Shown here: piece by piece, positions 51,170 through 64,000 of the stretch
Layout of the letters: each line of letters begins with the position of its first letter
Numbering within the stretch: position 1 is the stretch's first letter
Assembly: GCF_006345805.1 (NCBI RefSeq)
Contig: NC_043006.1
Coordinates: 7,998,001 to 8,062,000 of the forward strand
From: Octopus sinensis
Lineage: Eukaryota
DNA: 64,000 nucleotides
Reading direction: 5' to 3'
Notes under the pieces: generated by a model
What the model saw: only the letters and a program-made list of their open reading frames with translations
Told to the model about the DNA's origin: nothing
The model's database searches: none
Translations under genes and position numbers: made by a program

Positions 51170-52012
51170 ATTCCTGGTTTGATATATATATATACAAGAC
51201 GTACTTTAAGTTTCCGTCTACCAGATTCACTTGTAAGGCTTTGGTCGGCTCGTGGCCATACCAGATGCTACGCAGTGGGACTGAACCCGGACCCACGGGG
51301 CTAGAAGTAAGCTTCTTACCATACAGTTGCGCCTGTGCCCCTATAGTGTACTATATATAAATATATGTATATATATATATATATAGATATATATATATAT
51401 ATATATATATATATCTTAAAGTTTGTTTTTATGATCAGTTATAATGGTTTCAAATTTTGGCACAAGGCCAGCAACTTCCTGGGTGGGGGAAGTTGATTTC
51501 CGCGAAACCAGTACTCAACTGGTACATAATATATCGACCCTATGAGGATGAAATGTAAAATCGACCTCGGCGGAATTTGAACTCAGAAATTAAAGACGGA
51601 CGATAATGCCCAGTTATAATAAAAACAATTCTATCTGATAGTTTACTCCATATTTTTGCAAAGTACAAACTTGTCAACAGCTGGCCGAAACTTCGATCAT
51701 TCAACTACATTCTTGATTAAGAATAATAAATATGTACGTATGCATTTATACGTACATACATAAATACATATGCAGACATATTATGCATACATTTATATAT
51801 ATACTCTTTTACTCTCTTACTTGTTTCAATCATTTGACTGCGGCCATGCTGGAGCACCACCTTTAGTCGAGCAAATCGACTCCAGGACTTTGTAAGCCTA
51901 GTACTTATTCTATCGGTCTTTTTTGCCAAACCACTAAGTTACGGGTACGTAAACACACCAGAATCGGTTGTCAAGCGATATTAGGGGACAAACACAGACA
52001 CACAAACACACG

Positions 52013-52043
<31 letters not shown>

Positions 52044-52525
52044 GCACACACACACATATATATATATATAGATAGATAGATAAATACGACAGGCTTCTTT
52101 CAGTTTCCGTCTACCAAATCCACTCACAAGGCTTTGGTCGGCCCGAGGCTATGGTAGAAGACACTTGCCGAAGGTACTATGCAGTGGGACTGAACCCGAA
52201 ACCATGTAGTTGGTAAGCAAGCTACTAACCACACAGCCACTCCTACGCCTATATACCACGTGATCACGTGACCGACCAGACCTTCAGATTTTGTTACACA
52301 TCGCTGGTCACAATGCGTTCGCATTGTTTTAGCCTTTGAATGACGCCACCCCGCCAATAGAAGGAAGAGTGGGAGAAAAAGTAGTGAAAGAGTACTGCCG
52401 GAGCTTCGTGGGGCTTTTAGGTGTTTTCGCTCAATAAACACTCACAACGCCCGGTCTGGGAATCGAAACCGCGATCCTACGACCGCGAGTCTGCTGCCCT
52501 AACCACTGGACCATTGCGCCTCCAC
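51170..52525 (-). mobile_element. SINE cluster: B relic (~51170-51340), F type (~51430-51610), B (51802-52250), G type (52255-52525)
   Basis: Each matches other copies in the window. Confidence 0.87.
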
Positions 52526-52558
52526 GCATAGATGCATACATACACACGCGTCATATAC

Positions 52559-52717
<159 letters not shown>

Positions 52718-53665
52718 TTTACGCAATACTTCAGATCTAATCATAATCAAACCCAGGAAACAAGTCCGATAGAGAGAGAAGTCGGGAGTAATTAAAGTCA
52801 TAGAAGCGTCCATACGAGAGAATCAAAATAGCAAGTCTCTGCTATTATATGTTAGCGAGGCCAATAAAAATCTCACCTGATTGGTAGTAATTGGAGAAGC
52901 TCAGCAGGAATAATATAGAATTAACTGTTTCGAGTCTAGTTATTGCTGGAACACAAAAGGTATTTCTTGCCTACTGATTGTCATCGTACAAAAGTAAGAG
53001 GGAAAACAATTTGAACGCCGATATATGAGAAAATTAATAATAATGATAGTGTATTTGGCATTGGCTTAATATATGAATCGGAATAAAAGGGTTCGTTCTG
53101 TAGGAAAATAAACGTAAACGAAATTGTGATAATAAAATATAATCACCGAAATTTCAGGAGACTCATGGTGTTATGATAAAGATTTGAAAACATAAATGAC
53201 AAAATTATAGTGGATTTGGTTGTAACTAATTTCGATCGATGGCCAACACAAAGAAAGTGCTAAGGTAAATGTCACTAATTAGAGAACAGCGATTTCTAAC
53301 GTTGGGCCTAGGACTTACATTTAGAAAGTGGTGATATTGTTAATTAAATTTATTCTGGCAGAAATAACGACTATAGTTGGATCTCGACGCAAAAATAAAC
53401 GCGTGTAATAGAAAAGCCAAGGTATTTTGCTCCACATCTTTCTGTTTTTGCTACTCTACCAGTCTCTGAGATCGGTAAAGTTTAATAATCATCTAACTAG
53501 TACACTATTACCTGACATGAGGTCGACTGAATCTACTTCTAAATTTTTGACTGTGTGCCATTTTAAGAATTTAATATAGTTTTACGTGGAGTGTTTCAGT
53601 GAAAAGTTATATACAACAATTGGCAATAAAGAAATTTGCCAGGCGACAAAGATAAAGTCAGTGGC

Positions 53666-53990
53666 GAGTGGATGACGTCAATGACGACTGGATGATAGCA
53701 GTGATGACTGGATGACGTCAGTAACGACTGGGTGGAATCACCGATGACTGGATGACGTCATTTGTCACCACATAAATGACGTCAGAGACAATCATATAGA
53801 GAGACGACCACACATTATGTCAGATACGACCATATTGATGGCACCAGAGGCAAGCACATACATGACTACAGACATAGCTACATATATGACGCCAGTGGAG
53901 ACTATATATATGATGTCAGTGACAACCAAATGGATGATGTCCAAAGAAATGACGTCGATGACGTCAAGGAGAGCCATCAATTACGTCAGA
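53666..53990. repeat. Decaying 20-bp minisatellite with five perfect TGACGTCA (CRE/ATF) palindromes
   Basis: Unit gactggatgacgtcagtgat; TGACGTCA at 53673, 53713, 53753, 53777 and 53959. Confidence 0.85.
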
Positions 53991-54141
53991 GACCACACAC
54001 ACACACACGGAGGTGACGCCAGAGACAACGATATTGATGATATTTGTGATGACCGCCATAGAAAAAGAAATTAAGTGATGTCATACAAACTCTGTGATGT
54101 TTGCAAAAGCAAAGTAGATGATGTAGTGACGGCCTGTTTAA

Positions 54142-54535
54142 GGCAACGAACTGGCAGAATCGTTAGCACGCCGGGCAAAATGCTTAGCGGTATTTCGCCT
54201 GCCGCTACGTTCTGAGTTCAAATTCCGCCGAGGTCGACTTTGCCTTTCATCCTCTCGGGGTCGATTAAATAAATACCAGTTACGCACTGGGGTCGATATA
54301 ATCGACTTAATCCGTTTGTCTGTCCTTGCTTGTCCTCTCTGTGTTTAGCCCCTTGTGGCTAGTAAAGAAATAGGTATTTCGTCCGTCTTTATGTTCTGAG
54401 TTCAAATTGCACCGAGGTCGACTTCCCCTTTCATCCTTTCGGGGTTCTTAAATTAAGTAGCAGTTGAACACTACTGTAATCGAATTTCTACCTCCTTGGA
54501 ATTGCTGGTCTTGTGCCAAAATTTGAAACTAATAT
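54142..54535 (+). mobile_element. Family A SINE plus a partial second body
   Basis: Junction gaaata|ggtatttcg at 54372/54373. Confidence 0.9.
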
Positions 54536-54814
54536 TTAAGACGTTTTTGACAACAACATTAACGGTAGCTTTACCGAAGACATCAATGGCATCAGTAGTT
54601 TCTTCAAATCGTTTGGTTTTGTTTATGTCATCCCAGGAACCGTGCTTTTGTCTCTTATATTATCACAGGAGGCAGAGCCACGCGCCACCAATGGTGATTT
54701 TCTTCAACTTCTAAACACTTTTAAATTCAAAAATATATCTCATTAAAATACATTAAATAGAAATGTACACAATAGTACGGTTCCCATGGGAAACCTCAAA
54801 CAGCAAAAAGAAAA

Positions 54815-55848
54815 TATTATTTACATTATTTACATTTGACAAGTATTTGTCCTCAGCTTGTTTGTTGTTAACACAACTTTTCGGCTGATATACCTTCCAG
54901 CCTTCATCAGGTGTCTTGGGGAAATTTCGTACCTGGGTTCTCATTCCTAAGGTATTTTTTCGACGTCGTTGTTGTTATAATTATTATTATTATCATCATC
55001 ATCATTATTATTATTATTATTTTTATTATTATTATTCAGGTCACTGCCTAGAATCGAGTTCAATTCCAGGCAGTGATCTGAGTAATAATAATAATAATAA
55101 TAATAATATATGCCCTGATGCAGTACCAGGCAGTAGCTCTCATGGCTTCTGATCTTAACTGATTCGAAGTGTTATCATGTACATTGTTTTGTCTTGGTAT
55201 AAAAGATGGGCTACAGCAAATATTCTGCTCAATACCACAGATTTGCTTGTCAGTTGTTTGACCTTAACCAGTTGAGCATGTTCCTTAGTGGCTGACGATA
55301 TGTGCATCTCTGATCACGAGCAGAAGTAGTGGGGGAGCATCATAGCCATGTGTTGAGAGGGATTCTTTGGGGTTTGAATAATTCACCACTGGAAACATGG
55401 GTGGTTCTTTCAACATCCTTAAACAACCCTTATTCAGGGACCTTTTGAGCGGGATGGGCTACACAACCTGAAGAAAATTCTAACTGGGCCCCACCTGCAA
55501 GGTCATGCGCTGTTTATCTTGATATGAGATCACCATATCGCGCATATATGGTTGTGATGCATGTGCCTACTGTACCCTTATCAGACGGGTAGTCATGATG
55601 GGTATTTTGGGCTTCGTATATTTTACCCCAGGGTCACTTTGATGGCTTGAACTGCTCTCTCACTCAATAATAATAATAATAATAATAATAACATCGAAAA
55701 ATACCTTAGGATGAGAACCCAGGTTCGAAATTTCCCCAAGACACCAGATGAAGGCTGGAAGGTATATCAGGCGAAAAGTTGTGTTAACAACAAACAAGAT
55801 GAGGACAAATATCCGTCAAATATAAATAATGTAAATGATGTAAATAAT
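54815..55848. mobile_element. Head-to-head pair of 5'-truncated SINE-like elements with (AAT)n linker and hammerhead-bearing tail
   Basis: Inverted tails 54815-54966 and 55690-55848; hammerhead motifs at 54870-54917 (-) and 55738-55785 (+); central 21-bp hairpin 55034-55083 containing B-box GAGTTCAATTCC. Confidence 0.75.
55108..55690 (+). mobile_element. ~570-bp non-coding retroposon-like insert with (AAT)n tail, inserted into an (AAT)n linker
   Basis: Splits the right-hand element between its head remnant and its tail; flanked by AAT repeats on both sides. Confidence 0.65.
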
Positions 55849-56014
55849 TCCTCATCTCTTAAATATAGAACTGAAAAAGAAAATTGTCTTAGTTGTGGAC
55901 AGTATGAATTTATTGGAGATATGATATGAGAATTTTAAATATCTTTTTATTTATTAGTTTGTCAGTATTACACAGACATTTGTACTCTATTATTACATTG
56001 ATATATGTCCAGTA

Positions 56015-56365
56015 AATAAGAGCACTCCGTCGGTTACGACGACGAGGGTTCCATTCATCCGATCAACAGAACGTGCAAGTGGCTGAGCACTTCACAGACA
56101 CGTGTACCCTTAACGTAGTTCTCGTGACACAGAGTGTGACAAGACTGGACCCTTTGAAATACAGGTACAACAGAAACAGGAAGAAAGAGTCAGAGAAAGT
56201 TGTGGTGAAAGAATACAGCAGGGTTCGCCACCATCCTCTGCCTGAGCCTCGTGGAGCTTTAGGTGATTTCGCTCAATAAAGACTCACAATGCCCGGCCTG
56301 GAAAACGAAACCTCGATCCTACGACCGCGAGTCCGCTGCCCTAACCACTGGGCCATTGCGCCTCC
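56015..56365 (-). mobile_element. tRNA-SINE, family C, with 14-bp TSD (1 mismatch)
   Basis: atatatgtccagta 56001-56014 / atatatgtacagta 56366-56379. Confidence 0.9.
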
Positions 56366-57061
56366 ATATATGTACAGTAGTATTACAGCTATATGTACAT
56401 TAGTATCAAACTTTCACATTTACTCGAGTATTTCACTATCTTTTATATATACCCCAGAATGACAAAGGCGAAAGTGATTCTAGTATGATTTGAACTCAAA
56501 ATACAAAATGTAAGCAATCCAAAAGCTTGACGCATATTTTCCAGCTCTCTACCGATTCTTCCATAAATTACCCATTACTATACTCTTTCTCCGTCTTCAA
56601 TCCTAAAACAATTACAGTGATGACGATGATGACAATAATAGCGTTTGCCACACAAAATCTTATTATTAACACTGACATGAAAACTTAAAGCCAATACAAA
56701 AAAAAATCCATTCGCAAAAGACTCTTAACAAGATTTCTTCAATTTTATAACCCATTAATATAAATTTTTCCAGCTAATTAAAACTTCAACACTATTTTTC
56801 AAAGATTTCCTTGATTAATTAATAAAAATAATTGAATATTCTCTTCCCCAAAAAATACCTTTTACGTTAAATAGCTTTACTGAGATGAATACACACACAC
56901 ACACGCGCACACACACACACACACACACCACACACACACACACACACAAATTTATATATATACCACTGTTCGTGAATTTGCGTGTGTATGCATCGATATG
57001 TATGAATACACGTGCATGAATATCCACACACACATATACGTATATTAATACACATGTAATA

Positions 57062-57106
<45 letters not shown>

Positions 57107-57639
57107 TATATATTTGTGTGTATGTGTATAAGTATTATACAACTATATAACATGACGATTAATTATATGAGCAACCACTGCATGAGTTGACTGAAACATG
57201 TAATGAAATAGCGCAATCTCTTATAAATGTTTCTCTCAATTTATAAATATTACTCTGTTCAGTTAAAAAACCCAATTATTTATCAAACAATCTGTGATTA
57301 GTGAAAATACTTGAAAGTATACAATATTGATGAGCATCGATTATATTCAAAAACTGTTGCATCAATTATGGATTTATGCAGCTTGGTTTACGCTTTAATG
57401 TGTGTCTTATGACACTTTCTATAACAAGTGCTACATGATAGGGATGTTGTTAAATGAACGCATTAAAAATCCTCCAACTATTCTCCAGCAGGTCTTACAA
57501 CACCAACTTTATACGGTGGTATAAAGAGGCACAACTGCTCCAAGAATTAAGAGCCTGGAACCCTTTCAAACCGACATATTAGATATGACATCCAACCTGA
57601 ATTTCTATAAGAACGCTAATGCTTTAAATTTTAATTTAA

Positions 57640-58090
57640 GAACACTGGTTTCAAATTTTTGCACAAGACCAGGAATTTCGGAGGAAGGGTTAAGTCGAAT
57701 AGATCGAACTTAGTACTCAACTGGTAAAGTCGACGCCGGGAGAATTTGAACACAGAACATAAAGATGGAGGAAATGCCGCTCTGCATTTCGCCCGACATG
57801 CTAATGATTGTGCCAGCTCGCCGCCTTCTGACTTTAAGAATATTAAAACCTTATAAGAAAAAGCAGTTCTAAAAATCTTCGTGAAAAAGAAAATTGCTTC
57901 AAATTTTGGCACAAGGCCTGTAATACTAGAGGTATGACGACAACCCCACTACTCAACTAGTGCTTATTTTATAGACTCCGAAGGGATGAGAGTGAAAGTT
58001 GACTCATACAGAATTTGAACTCAGGATGTATCAGCCGGAAGAAACGCTGCCAAGCACTTTTGGCGCAACTGATTCTGCAAGTTTGCCGCC
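57640..58090 (-). mobile_element. Two diverged F-type SINEs
   Basis: ggtttcaaattttt/ggcacaag tails and gccagctcgccgcc-like heads. Confidence 0.75.
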
Positions 58091-58477
58091 TTCAATTACA
58101 GAATAGCAATTCCAAGTAGCAACTAAATTATACTCATTACTTCATTATTTCAAGTATTCAACTTATGATAATGTTAATAACAACGCCAAATCATAGAAAA
58201 TTAGGTGAAAAACATTACATATAACAATAAACATAGATTATTTTCAAATCGGATTATTTAGCCAGGAAATATTAAATAAACCTTTTATAACATTAGCAAA
58301 GCAAGTGACCGCTTACAATTGAATAATTGCTGCATAGATATTAGTTTGGTTCACCTTATTATTAATAAAATTTACTCCAGATTAACAAAATTTAACATTT
58401 TGGCTTTTACGCCCCTATATTTTCACAAAGTTATAATACTAAAGAAATAACGAACAAAAATATGACAGCTTCTTTCA

Positions 58478-58524
58478 GTTTATATATGTATATACATACA
58501 TATACATATATATATATATACATA

Positions 58525-58555
<31 letters not shown>

Positions 58556-58624
58556 CTTAATATATATATATATATATATACTTATATTTATATATATAAT
58601 ATATATAATATATTATATATATTG

Positions 58625-58656
<32 letters not shown>

Positions 58657-58790
58657 TTATATATTTACATATATACTTATATATATACATATTATATATT
58701 TACATATATACTTATATATATACATATATATATTTACATATATACTTATATACTACAATATATATACATATATAATATATTATATATAGT
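58478..58790. repeat. Degenerate (TA)n field within a family B SINE relic
   Basis: Direct inspection; SINE sequence resumes at ~58790-58890. Confidence 0.9.
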
Positions 58791-58879
58791 TTTCCATCTA
58801 CCAAATCCACTCACAAGGCTTTACTCGGCCCGAGGCTATTGGAGAAGATACTTGACCAAGGTTCCATGCTGTGGGACTT

Positions 58880-59890
58880 AACTCGAAACCATGGGTCTGA
58901 GTGGTCTTGGATGGGATGGAATTGGACGGGGGTACCACATCATACTCTCTGATTTTTCTTTTTTATTCTTTCTCCTTCTGCTCTCTGTAACTTTCCATTC
59001 TTCCTCCTTTTCTTCCTTCTTTTCTTCTTCTCTTTTCTCTTCCGTTTTTACAACTGTTTCCTCAGCCATTGTCCTCTGTAGAGGGCAGTATGCTCTAATG
59101 TGGTGCTTTTAGCCACATTTAAAACAATGTGGTACTCTGCCCTCAACCCACACCTTCAGCACAATTTCTCCCAATGTCACCGTCTCTGCCAAGTTCTCAA
59201 GTTGTCCCTCCTCCGTCTGAATAATGACTTCATGTGTCTTTCCTTTCCACCCTCCTTCTTCTGTTTCTGTAGCTTAGAGGACAGCCACATTCGACTCGCT
59301 TCCAACAAGGACAGCTACCGCTATCCAAGCCACTTCTATATCCGGTGGTATTGCATCTACCTTCACCTTGGAAGTCTTTCTTCCAAGGTATGTGGAAAGA
59401 AACACTACTTTCTCTATTTTCACCGTCACACTTGCCAGCTTCCTCGTCTCTACTGTCCTAAATTGGACGACCATTGTCCCATATCTTCTTTCTTTGGTTA
59501 TGTACGTTATCTCCTTTGATCGTTCCCTCAGCGCCTTTTCTACTTCTGCCTCCACCTGTTCTGCCTTCTTACCTATCAACGAGTACACCTTATAGGGGAT
59601 CGTTTTCTTCATCCTCTCCATAATTCCTTTGGGGAGCAACAACTTCACGTTGCCATCTTCTCATACTCTCTCAGACCAGCCAAGTCCAGCTCCCTTCGCT
59701 TCACCTCCGTAGATTCAGCAAACCTCCTTTTCATCAACACTGCTTCCATCTTTATGACCGCCTTTACCAGCTCCGACGTCGACTGCAACTCAGACCCGTC
59801 AAGGTCTGAGTACATCTTCTAAGCAACAGAAAAATCTACGTCCGACTCTTACAAAATCCAGACAGCAAATAACCTGACGCATGCGCGGAA
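58880..59890 (-). mobile_element. Retroelement 5' UTR plus gag-like ORF1 pseudogene with CCHC zinc knuckle (L1/Tx1-like); no ORF2
   Basis: ATG at 59815 (MYSDLDGSEL...), frameshift into ORF 59274-59648, then CFKCG*KHHIRAYC at 59085-59126 and an E/K-rich tail. Confidence 0.78.
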
Positions 59891-61249
59891 ACAAGCATCC
59901 TATCACACGGTTACACCTTCTAGCTTGTATATATAATTGTATGTAATGCAGTAGGAGCTGATCAAAATACGGAGTGCGTGAGTCGTTAAAATATGTCAAA
60001 AGATGTCACTTAAAACTTGCCCAAATAGAACTGCAAAGTGACTTACCGGTTTCGTTTCTAAAAGAAAAATGGTGTTTCCTAGTACGGCCGGCCGTTTCCT
60101 TTTATGGCTTCGAACGCCGTTTCCATTTAGCTACGTAAATGCGATCACACTGATAGCTACGAACACCATTTTCTCTGAATTATTGATCTGCTGGAATCCT
60201 ATTTTTAATTTATTCCTGAATTGGTATTTAAATTATTATCGAGCAGAATATTCCCTGGATTTTCTTCTTTGATCACTCATTTCCAAATCAACGCATTCAA
60301 GATTTGATCCTTTCGACTTCCCGCATCTCAGAGGCCGTAGGATTTAGAATTAGATGAAATTTGTCGTTAAGTAAAACGCAACATTATTGACAGTATACGC
60401 CACCCGATGCTGAACAATTGCCAAGTTTTCCATTTATTTGAAATTTAGGGTCAAATACTTTCATAGGTGAATCAGTGTTGAAAGAGAGTTTTCGTCTGTT
60501 TTGCTTTCTCTTATTTGCTTGTTTTTTTTTTTTTGCTTCTTGGTTTTTTATTCGATACACTTAGTTCGTAAACACTACATTACTGGAAAAGCCCATCTTC
60601 TTACTTACCAACACTACATTAGTTTATATATTATTAACAAAAGGACGCTGGTTATTTTATCTGAAGACATTCAAAGACTTGGAATATTATGGAAGAAATA
60701 TTGTTACAATAGAAGTCATTGATTAAAAAAATATATAATGTCCTATTAAATACAATCTTAAAGCAATAAATCTTGTGTAATTCAATTATATTTCTCTCAC
60801 AGACAGATAGCTTTCAAAGAATTCTATTAGGTATTATAGGATGAAATAAAAAAGAAACAGATTTTTTTTTTTACAATGTACAGTACAGAGAAAATAAAAC
60901 AAATCACGAAACAAGACGCGAAAAATAACAAAAGCTTATTTGTCATGAGAACTAACTTCCTGAATGGAAAATTAATTTGTATATTCGTTTCTCTTTGTAG
61001 TCCAATATGTCTCCGAATTAATTACCGTATATTTTTGTAAATGTTAACTGTACCAATAAACAGCAAACGATTATTTGTATGCCAATGGAACTGTGAAACT
61101 TTAGTGGAAACAGTTTAGAAATAATCCAGCGAAATTGAATTTCTTCTAGAAAGACATCAATATCTAGTTCTCCGTTATGTTCCAATATTTGAGAGGAAAC
61201 GGCATATATGCTATTACCATTTATGGAGATTTACTGCAGGAAATTGCTT

Positions 61250-61415
61250 TGCTACATTATTTAACTACTACTGTACATTAGTTAATCATTGTTGTACATT
61301 AATTACTATAATGCATTATTTAATTACTATAGTACCTTAATTAATTTCTATGGTACATTCCTACATTACTATGTTACATTAATTAATTACTATAGTACAT
61401 TCATTAATCACAGCG
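61250..61415. repeat. Degenerate ~21-bp AT-rich minisatellite
   Basis: Recurring tacattaattaattactatag-like unit. Confidence 0.7.
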
Positions 61416-61617
61416 ATATATCAATATCTGCATACTTTTTCATGAATTTTATATCAACGTTTCAGAAATGCATTTAAAAAAAAAATTAACTTAAGTATCC
61501 ACTATATACATCCAGAATATACATCAACCGTATATGTATATTATATACATCTATTATACACACCAACTACTATAGATCCGCAATAGACATCCACTGTATA
61601 CATGTACAATATAAATC

Positions 61618-62060
61618 TACTCTTTTACTTCTTTCAGTCATTTGAATGCGGCCATGCTGGAGCACCGCCTTTAGTTGAGCAAATCGACCCAAGGACTTAT
61701 TCTTTGTAAGCCTAGTACTTATTCTATCAGTCTCTTTTGCCGAACCGCAACTATACGGGGACGTAAACACACCAGCATCTGTTGTCAAGCGATGTTGGGG
61801 GGGGGGACAAACACAGACATACAAACACACTCACTCACATATATATATACATATATATATATTTATAAATATATGTATATATATATATATATATATACGA
61901 CGGGCTTCTTTCAGTTTCTGTCTACCAAATCCATTCACCAGGCTTTGGTCGGCCGAGGCTATAGCAGAAGACACTTGCTCAAGGTGCCACGCAGTGGGCC
62001 TGAACCCGGAACCATGTGGTTGGTGATCAAGCTACTTACCACACTGCCACTCTTGCGCCT
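61618..62060 (-). mobile_element. tRNA-SINE, family B
   Basis: Full-length match. Confidence 0.92.
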
Positions 62061-62451
62061 ACTGTACATATTCACTCTACATGTCTACTATATACACCCA
62101 CTGTATACATTTAAAGAATTACCGTTATCTCCATCTACACCAGCGTATTTTTGTTGTTGGCTTCTCTGTGTTCTCTGCAGAATATATGCCACTTACTCTT
62201 TTACTCAACCATTATTACTAACATTAAATAAAATTTTCTCAATATCATTTGATTTTTGCAACATGGAACACGATGCTGTTTCTTCTAAACCATTCAGGCT
62301 ATAAAAGATATATTTCAATTGCTGATAATCCATATCTAGGTTCTTGTGCAACAAGAATGAAATCTTATATAAAATCAAAAATGTTATTTCAGCTAATATT
62401 TGAATATGTTGAATATACAGATATAGTTACATATAGCTGTATGCCTGTATG

Positions 62452-62488
<37 letters not shown>

Positions 62489-63440
62489 GGAGAGAGAGAG
62501 AGATAGACAGTTATAAAATGCATAGATATATATATATGTGCATATGCACTGACATTTATATAGAGGCACACACACTTATACATGTGTGTGTATGTATTTA
62601 ATGATGTATATATATCAATATATTGATATACATATGTATAAACATTTATATACAAAATTACATACTTATATATATATATATATATATATATACAGAGAGA
62701 GAGAGAGAGAGAGAAATATTCACTTATGCACACACATACATACACAAGCATATACATATATATATTATAGAGAAAGAGAGTGGAGAGAGAATATTGAGAA
62801 AAAGCAGTTTAACAATAACTGATGAGTGAGACTCTCTCGCTGCCATTGTGGCTATTTAGCTCTTCGTATTTCAATTGTCACTGAATATTCACTTGAAAAT
62901 TTAATTGCTATGAACATATATTTTTAACTTCTGCATATTTTTTCTCTGATATAATACTTATCTTCTCAGGTGATGAATAACATGGAAACTTCTGGAGACT
63001 TGTTTTATGGAAATCGGGCAGAAATATATACAGACAATATACCCGACAGGTTGATGCTAACAACAGACGTTTACCTAGTCGTTTGTAGAGTAACATGCCT
63101 TCGTAAATAAAATGAGTCTGCAAAATTCCCTTCACCTGAGAGTATGGATTTTATTATATTAAAATGAGAGGTGAATAGATACGAGTATTAGCCATGTCAC
63201 CTGATAAACCAGATACAGAAATCAAATAATTACAAATTACACGGAAAAGTCCTGAAAATAGAAAGGACATTATGCACTCACATATAGGAAAAAGGAAAAT
63301 TGCCATAAACAGAATGACTTCTATCAGTCAGAGCTTGCCAAGTGCTAAACAATAACAACCCAACCAAGTAAGCGTCTGTGCACGTGTGTGTATGAATATA
63401 AATATGAGGAGGGATTATTAGCTGTCATTACATATCCCTG

Positions 63441-63921
63441 TAGAGGCGCGTGGCTTAGTGGTTAGGGTGTCAACATCATGATCATAAGATTGTGGTTTCG
63501 ATTCCTAGACCGGGCGACGCGTTGTGTTCTTAAGCAAAACACTTCATTTCACGTTGCTCCAGTCCACTCAGCTGGCAACAATGAGTAACGCTGCGATGGA
63601 CTGGTGTCCCGTCCAGCTGGGAAACACATACCCCATTGAAACCGGGAAACCGGGCCCAGGGGCCTGGCTACGCTTTAAATGGGCACAAAGAAAGATAATT
63701 ACATATTACTAGCTGTCATTATACACGTAAATGAAGGCACACGGCTTAGTAGTTAGCACTCATGATTGCAAGATCGTGGTTTCGACTCCTGACCAGTCGA
63801 TGTGTTGTGTTTTTGAGCAAAATACTTCACTTCACATTGCTCCAGTTCACTCTGCTGACAAAAATGACTAATCCTGGGACGGACAGGCGTCCCGTCTAGG
63901 TGTGTGCTGGGTGGGGGTATA

Positions 63922-63967
<46 letters not shown>

Positions 63968-64000
63968 TAGAGAATCCGGAAAAACCGGCCTTATGAGCCT
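63441..64000 (+). mobile_element. Two tandem family D-type SINEs, the second interrupted by (TA)n
   Basis: Heads at 63441 and ~63732; tagctgtcatta repeated around the first copy. Confidence 0.87.

Noticed and set aside
53792-54074. Met/Thr- and Val/Ile-rich ORFs on both strands
   Set aside because: They are by-products of the decaying gatgacgtca minisatellite.

Overview
AT-rich animal DNA saturated with repeats. I recognise the SINE families from memory as octopus/coleoid cephalopod (not database-checked). I can support no host protein-coding gene: nearly all ORFs in the track are read-throughs of (TA)n/(CA)n/(CT)n tracts or of SINEs. The window holds (i) dozens of tRNA-derived SINEs from several head/tail combinations, many with clear target-site duplications; (ii) decayed LINE remnants (three CR1-type, one probable RTE-type, two 5'-end copies of a CCHC-knuckle ORF1 family); (iii) three Tc1/mariner relics, one with DD37D spacing; (iv) two non-autonomous Helitrons; (v) a ~1.7-1.8 kb near-identical tandem duplication. 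The most interesting signals are not in the ORF track. Six loci from unrelated sequence families fit minimal type I hammerhead ribozymes, with self-complementary stem III as in Penelope-like-element (PLE) and retrozyme hammerheads. Several occur as divergent fold-back pairs, and one family appears to be a tRNA-headed SINE with a hammerhead tail. There is also a complete tRNA-like gene ending in CCA inside 61-bp inverted repeats, and a minisatellite carrying five perfect CRE palindromes. Coordinates were indexed by hand, so boundaries of decayed elements are approximate. No folding, alignment or database search was run.
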